Origin: Leptolyngbyaceae cyanobacterium C42_A2020_001
GTDB lineage: Bacteria; Cyanobacteriota; Cyanobacteriia; Leptolyngbyales; Leptolyngbyaceae
DNA length: 64,000 bases
Direction of reading: 5' to 3'
Assembly (NCBI GenBank): GCA_015272515.1
Contig: JACYLN010000024.1
Location: forward strand, 78,073-142,072
Positions 59,066 to 64,000 of this stretch are shown here, piece after piece. Each line of letters opens with the position of its first letter. The first letter of the stretch is position 1. The position numbers were made by a program, and so were the translations under genes. The notes below the pieces were generated by a model. The model did not search any database and was not told where the DNA came from. It saw only the letters and a program-made list of their open reading frames with translations.

Positions 59066-60511
59066 CTACTGTTGGGCTTCGGCGGGGCGTTCGTTGGGAA
59101 TGAATTCTCCCGGTGTTGTATCCACGGCCGGTTTAGCTATTTCCATTCCGGGAATCGGCATTTCTAGATTGGGTCCTTTACGAATGATGCGACTGCCGAA
59201 ATACAGCACTGCAACAAAGAGAAGACTATAGACTGTGACAAAGCCAATCAGTGAAGTCAGAACATTGGTTGCCGGGATGTGAGAGACTGAATCGACAGTG
59301 CGAATTTGACCATACAACGTCCAGGGTTGCCGTCCCACACAGCGAACAATCCATCCAGATTCCACGGCGATATAGCCTAAGGGAGCCGCCAACACCCAGC
59401 CAACCATGAGCCACTTCTGCTGAGCAATATTGGATGGGCTGAGTTTACCTGCAATCCAAAGCAAGGTTGTAATTGCCATTAACCCCGCCAGAAAAAAGCC
59501 GATCGCAATCATGATGCGAAAGGAGTAGTAAATTAATCCGACAAGATGGGGACGGTCTTCCGGTGCCCATTCTTTCAATCCCAAGACCGGATTGGTTAAA
59601 TTCTGTTTGAATTCCAGAATGTATCCCAACCCGTTAGGAACTGAAATCTCCCAGGCATTTTTCTCAGTAGTTTCGTCGGGTAAGGCTACTAAACTCCAGT
59701 TGGCAGGTTTGCCCGCAGGCGACGTTTCCCACTGGGCTTCCATTGCCGCCAGTTTAGCGGGTTGCAGTTTATAAACTTGCTCGGCGCTCAGGTGGCCGAC
59801 ATAAATTTGTAAAGGTGCAACCGCGATCGCAGTTGCTAACGCAATCTTGAATGCCTTAGAAAAAAAATCGGGATGACGACCTTTTAGAATATACCAGGCA
59901 CTAATCCCACCGACCACATAAAGCGACGTTTCCAGCGTTGCCAGAAACATGTGAGAAACACTCACCGCCATAAACGGATTGAACATTGCCTGAAAATAAT
60001 CGTGAACGATGAATTTACCGTTCACTAGTTCGCCACCCGCAGGCGTTTGCATCCAGGAGTTCGCCGTCAAAATCCAAAGCGTAGAAAGGTTAGCACCGAC
60101 AGCTACCAGAATGGTGGAAAGATAGTGAATTGCTGGGTTCACCCGCTCCCAGCCAAACAACATGATGCCCAAAAAAGCCGCTTCCAACATAAACGCCCAA
60201 GAAGCCTCAAAGCCAATGACGCTCCCAAAAAAATTGCCGACGGCTTCAGAAAACGGTGCCCAGTTTGTCCCAAATTGGAACTCCATCGGAATACCCGTAG
60301 CTACTCCAATGCCAAAATTCAACACATAAAACTTCGACCAAAACCGGGCATGACGGTAGTAGTCGGGGTTACGAGTCTTCAACCATAGCCCCTCAACCAG
60401 CACCAGATAAATTCCTAATCCTGTTGTTAGAATGGGAAAGAGCATGTGAAAAATTGCTGTCACTGCAAATTGCAAGCGTGAAAGCGCTACGGTATTTGAG
60501 AGCAAATCCAT
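59066..60511 (-). CDS. cydA: Cytochrome bd ubiquinol oxidase subunit I
   Basis: SRLQFAVTAIFH, GIPMEFQFGTNW, NSWMQTP, QPAKLAAMEA, GRQPW. Confidence 0.96.
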   Translation of the reverse strand: MDLLSNTVALSRLQFAVTAIFHMLFPILTTGLGIYLVLVEGLWLKTRNPDYYRHARFWSKFYVLNFGIGVATGIPMEFQFGTNWAPFSEAVGNFFGSVIGFEASWAFMLEAAFLGIMLFGWERVNPAIHYLSTILVAVGANLSTLWILTANSWMQTPAGGELVNGKFIVHDYFQAMFNPFMAVSVSHMFLATLETSLYVVGGISAWYILKGRHPDFFSKAFKIALATAIAVAPLQIYVGHLSAEQVYKLQPAKLAAMEAQWETSPAGKPANWSLVALPDETTEKNAWEISVPNGLGYILEFKQNLTNPVLGLKEWAPEDRPHLVGLIYYSFRIMIAIGFFLAGLMAITTLLWIAGKLSPSNIAQQKWLMVGWVLAAPLGYIAVESGWIVRCVGRQPWTLYGQIRTVDSVSHIPATNVLTSLIGFVTVYSLLFVAVLYFGSRIIRKGPNLEMPIPGMEIAKPAVDTTPGEFIPNERPAEAQQ

Positions 60512-60836
60512 GCATTTCTCTCCTAGCTGAATCTTCTACTGAAAAAATCTTTTGCCAGCCCATTCGTTAGTTAAGCTTGATTCAGATGGTAAACGAGAAA
60601 TAAGTTCAAAACAGTTCTTCAAGTTTTTTCTTAAGATTACGCGTTGTTAATTCTCTGCTCAGTCCTGGTTTAGGAAACCGTTTGCTGCTAAGACTACAAC
60701 GCATCTATCTATAGACTGAAACAGGAGGCGGATTATGCGAGAGCGATTCTCAATTCAGTTGGTATTCAAGGAAAACGTTACGACAAGGCGATCGCTCTAC
60801 CGATAATAAAAAAGATGCTGCAAGATTTGAGTTGCG

Positions 60837-61385
60837 ATGAGTTTGCGAATTTACGGAAATCGATCGCTCAAAACCCTACCCGGTCGGGATACTCGCCCAA
60901 CCTTAGCGCGGGTTCGAGAAGCTGTATTTAACATTTGGCAAGGAGAAATTGAGGATTGTCGTTGGCTCGATCTGTGTGCGGGTACTGGTTCAATGGGGGC
61001 AGAAGCTCTATGTCGGGGAGCCGCGATCGCTGTCGGCATTGAAAAATCCAGTCGTGCCTGTGCTGTGATTCAGCAAAACTGGCAGCAAGTTGCCCAACCG
61101 GAGCAATCCTTTCAGGTGTTACGGGGCGATGTGGTGAAGTGGTTACCCACGCTGGCAGGGCAACCCTTTGACCGCATTTACTTTGACCCACCTTACGCAG
61201 AAGACCTGTATCAGCCTGTGCTAGACGCGATCGCGGAACATCAACTCTTAGCGTTAGATGGAGAATTAGCCGTTGAACACAGCCCCGATCGCTCAGACAT
61301 GCTTACTCCTACAACCTTAGAAATTTGTCGGCACAAAGTTTATGGCAATACTGCACTCACATTTTTTAAAGTCAAATCCATCTAA
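60837..61385 (+). CDS. rsmD: 16S rRNA (guanine966-N2)-methyltransferase
   Basis: RPTLARVREAVFN, LDLCAGTGSMGAEAL, FDPPY. Confidence 0.93.
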   Translation: MSLRIYGNRSLKTLPGRDTRPTLARVREAVFNIWQGEIEDCRWLDLCAGTGSMGAEALCRGAAIAVGIEKSSRACAVIQQNWQQVAQPEQSFQVLRGDVVKWLPTLAGQPFDRIYFDPPYAEDLYQPVLDAIAEHQLLALDGELAVEHSPDRSDMLTPTTLEICRHKVYGNTALTFFKVKSI

Positions 61386-61531
61386 AACGTGTAAACGTAT
61401 TACCGATCTTCTGTACTAAAGATCGACTGTACTGCTAATCTGGGAATTGAACTTTTTAAGAATCGTCTTTTTAGAACCTCACTTTTCAGCCTTTTCAAAA
61501 AGTTCTTAGGGTACGTTCGCACTGTTACGGA

Positions 61532-64000
61532 ATGATTCCTCTACGGTTGATTCTGAAAAACTTTTTGAGTTATCGAGAGGCAACACTAGACTTTCGAGGA
61601 CTGCATACTGCCTGCATCTGTGGAGCCAACGGTGCGGGGAAATCGTCATTATTGGAAGCGATTTCTTGGGCAATTTGGGGTGAGAGTCGTGCTACATCTG
61701 AAGATGATGTCATTTACCTGGGTGCTCAAGAAGCTCAGATTGATTTCATCTTCATTCACAATCACCATACTTATCGCATTCTTCGTAGTCGCCATCGTGG
61801 ACAAGCGACTTCATTAGAGTTTCAGATCGCAAAAGAAAAAGTCCAAAATAACTCATCTGCTTCTGATTCTGAGACTCACCTTCAAACTCCAGGCTCTATC
61901 AATTTTCGTTCTTTAACTGCCAAAGGGGTTCGTGCTACTCAACAGATAGTGCTTGAGCACTTGCGGCTTGACTACGAAACCTTTGTCAACTCCGCCTATT
62001 TGCGGCAGGGGCACGCTGATGAGTTTATGCTTAAGCGCCCTAGTGAGCGGAAGCAAATTTTAGCGGATTTGCTCAAACTGACTCAGTATGATGAGTTGGC
62101 AGAACGAGCGAAGGATCAAGCCCGACAGTCTAAAGGGCAAGTTGAACTGTTAGAGCGTCAGTTAGACTCCATTGAGAACCAACTTCAACAGCAGGATGCG
62201 ATCGCTCAGGAACGCACCATTTTAGAAACGGCGCTGGCTCACACCCAACAACAGCAAGGTCGGGATGCAGAACAGTTGCAAACCCTGCAAGCTACCCAAC
62301 AGCAGCGACACACCTGGCAGCAGCAGCTTTCCTGGCAACAGCAACAGCAACGAGTACTTGAGCAAGACTGTCATCGCCTCCAGCAAGAACTGATAACCGC
62401 ACAGCATCAACAGCAGGAATTGACCACGTTGCTCCAGCAGGAAGCGGCGATCGTAGCGGGATATACCCATTTTCAAGCCCTGCAAACCCAGGAAGCACAA
62501 CTTTCTACCCGCTTCAAAACCCATCAACTGGCACAGGTGCAGCGGCAACAGTATATCCAACAGCACAATGAGCAGGTTGCCCTGCTGCAAACCCAACTCC
62601 AGCAGATTCAAGCCCAACTCGCCTCGCTGCACGAGCAAGAACAAGAAATTCAACATACCCTGCGAAAAGCGGCGACTGTTGAAGGCGCTTTAAAGTCACT
62701 ACACCAGGCGCGATCGCATCTGAACCAACTGGATCAACTTCAGCTTCAGGCAATGCCCTTATTGCAACGTCGCCAACAGCTTCAATCTCAATTGGAACGC
62801 AGTCAGACACGGCTTTCTGCTCGGCTAGATGAACTCAGCGCCTCTGCCCGGCAACTGCAACTGCAACAAGAGCAGCAATCACAGTTGCAAGTGGCAGTAT
62901 TGGAAGTCAGCGATCGCATCGAAACGTTAGAACAGCGTCGCACCTATCAACATCAGGTGCGGGAGAAAGGCTTAGAGCGGCGCAGTTTCATGGAGCGTTT
63001 GCAAGCCGACCAACGTAATTACGAAGCTCAGCTAGCCGATGTGGAACAAAAAATTCAATTGTTGCAGCAAGGGAAACCTACCACCGAGGAAATAGACAGT
63101 ACCGTTGCACCCACCGCAACTCAGCACCCAACAAACAGTACCGTTACTCAAAAATCCAAAATCCAAAGTCTCAAATCCAAAATTCCCTATCCTCCGTGCC
63201 CTTTATGCGATCGCGCCCTGGATGAACATCACTGGAATGTGGTGTTGCAGAAACACCAGGAGAAACAACAAGATATCCTGAACCAAATTTGGGTAATTCG
63301 GGAGCAACTCTCCACATCAGAGCGCGAAATTCAGATTTTGCGGCAGGAATATCGCACCATCGAGCGGGACTTGCATCAGTATCCAACCGTACTGGAGCGG
63401 CGCGGGCAACTTCAGCAACAATTACAAGCAACACTGGAGGCTCAGCAAACGCTGACTCAATTACGAGTAGAGATGGATGAGATTGAGCGATCGCTGCAAA
63501 CAGGTGCCTATGCTACGGATTTACGGGATGAACTTAAGTTGTTGGATCAAAGCTTGCAAGCCTTGAATTATGACGAAAAAGACCACGCACTAGCACGGGG
63601 AGAGGTTGACCGTTGGCGCTGGGCAGAAGTTAAGCAAGCAGAAATTAAACAAGCCCAACGCCGCCAGAACCAAATTGCTCAACGCCAACCCGAACTGCAA
63701 ACTCAATTGGCTGAACTGCAAATACAGCTAGAAAATTTGAACCGAGAAGGCTCAATTCAATTACAAAAATTAGATCAGCACGTCAAAGAAATTGGTTATG
63801 ACCTGGATCAACACAATGAACTACAGATAAAAATTCGGCAAGAGCAAACCTGGCAACTGCGTTATCAAGAACTCATTCGCGCTCAACAACAATATCCTCA
63901 ACTGCAACATCGAGTTCAAGAACTGCATCAAAGCCTAAAAGAACGACAAACCTGTTTACAAATTAACCAGGGACAAACACAAACGCTGCTACAGCAGCTT
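61532..64000 (+). CDS. sbcC: SbcC/Rad50-like SMC-family ATPase, 3' end outside window (absent from the ORF track)
   Basis: Manual translation MIPLRLILKNFLSY...CGANGAGKSSLLEAI (Walker A), YLRQG (Q-loop), long Gln/Leu coiled coil, CPLC zinc hook at about 63197-63208. Frame stays open to 64000. Confidence 0.93.
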   Translation, partial: MIPLRLILKNFLSYREATLDFRGLHTACICGANGAGKSSLLEAISWAIWGESRATSEDDVIYLGAQEAQIDFIFIHNHHTYRILRSRHRGQATSLEFQIAKEKVQNNSSASDSETHLQTPGSINFRSLTAKGVRATQQIVLEHLRLDYETFVNSAYLRQGHADEFMLKRPSERKQILADLLKLTQYDELAERAKDQARQSKGQVELLERQLDSIENQLQQQDAIAQERTILETALAHTQQQQGRDAEQLQTLQATQQQRHTWQQQLSWQQQQQRVLEQDCHRLQQELITAQHQQQELTTLLQQEAAIVAGYTHFQALQTQEAQLSTRFKTHQLAQVQRQQYIQQHNEQVALLQTQLQQIQAQLASLHEQEQEIQHTLRKAATVEGALKSLHQARSHLNQLDQLQLQAMPLLQRRQQLQSQLERSQTRLSARLDELSASARQLQLQQEQQSQLQVAVLEVSDRIETLEQRRTYQHQVREKGLERRSFMERLQADQRNYEAQLADVEQKIQLLQQGKPTTEEIDSTVAPTATQHPTNSTVTQKSKIQSLKSKIPYPPCPLCDRALDEHHWNVVLQKHQEKQQDILNQIWVIREQLSTSEREIQILRQEYRTIERDLHQYPTVLERRGQLQQQLQATLEAQQTLTQLRVEMDEIERSLQTGAYATDLRDELKLLDQSLQALNYDEKDHALARGEVDRWRWAEVKQAEIKQAQRRQNQIAQRQPELQTQLAELQIQLENLNREGSIQLQKLDQHVKEIGYDLDQHNELQIKIRQEQTWQLRYQELIRAQQQYPQLQHRVQELHQSLKERQTCLQINQGQTQTLLQQL

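Noticed and set aside
63121-63200. Suspected frameshift in sbcC at the heptamer repeats
   Set aside because: Codon-by-codon translation shows the frame stays open through ...NPKIPYPPCPLC and on to the window end.

Overview
This is chromosomal DNA from a cyanobacterium, inferred from the dense GCGATCGC (HIP1) octamers, STRR-type heptamer repeats and typical cyanobacterial genes. The style suggests a filamentous Leptolyngbya-like organism, but that is not established. Most of the window is housekeeping or stress genes: acnB (5' truncated), tRNA-Leu(GAG), photolyase, folK, a Rubisco-activase-like gene, hemJ, treZ-treY-malQ, cydAB, rsmD and sbcC (3' truncated). It also holds a HIP1-poor, AT-rich gene cluster for a CDP-activated C-methyl sugar. 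Two things stand out. (1) There are two separate arrays of 7-8 co-oriented TGTGGAAAA-like 9-mers (reverse complement TTTTCCACA, the cyanobacterial DnaA box), mostly spaced 11 bp apart. Each lies upstream of its own small DUF2811 paralog in the same orientation, and neither dnaA nor dnaN is in the window. (2) A four-gene cassette encodes a sigma-70-like factor, a DUF1822 protein, a CHAT protease-CHASE2 membrane receptor with an apparently intact His/Cys dyad, and a DUF928 protein; it looks like a protease-controlled sigma signalling system. No CRISPR array, rRNA, transposase or integrase was found. All family names come from motif recognition by eye, not from database searches.
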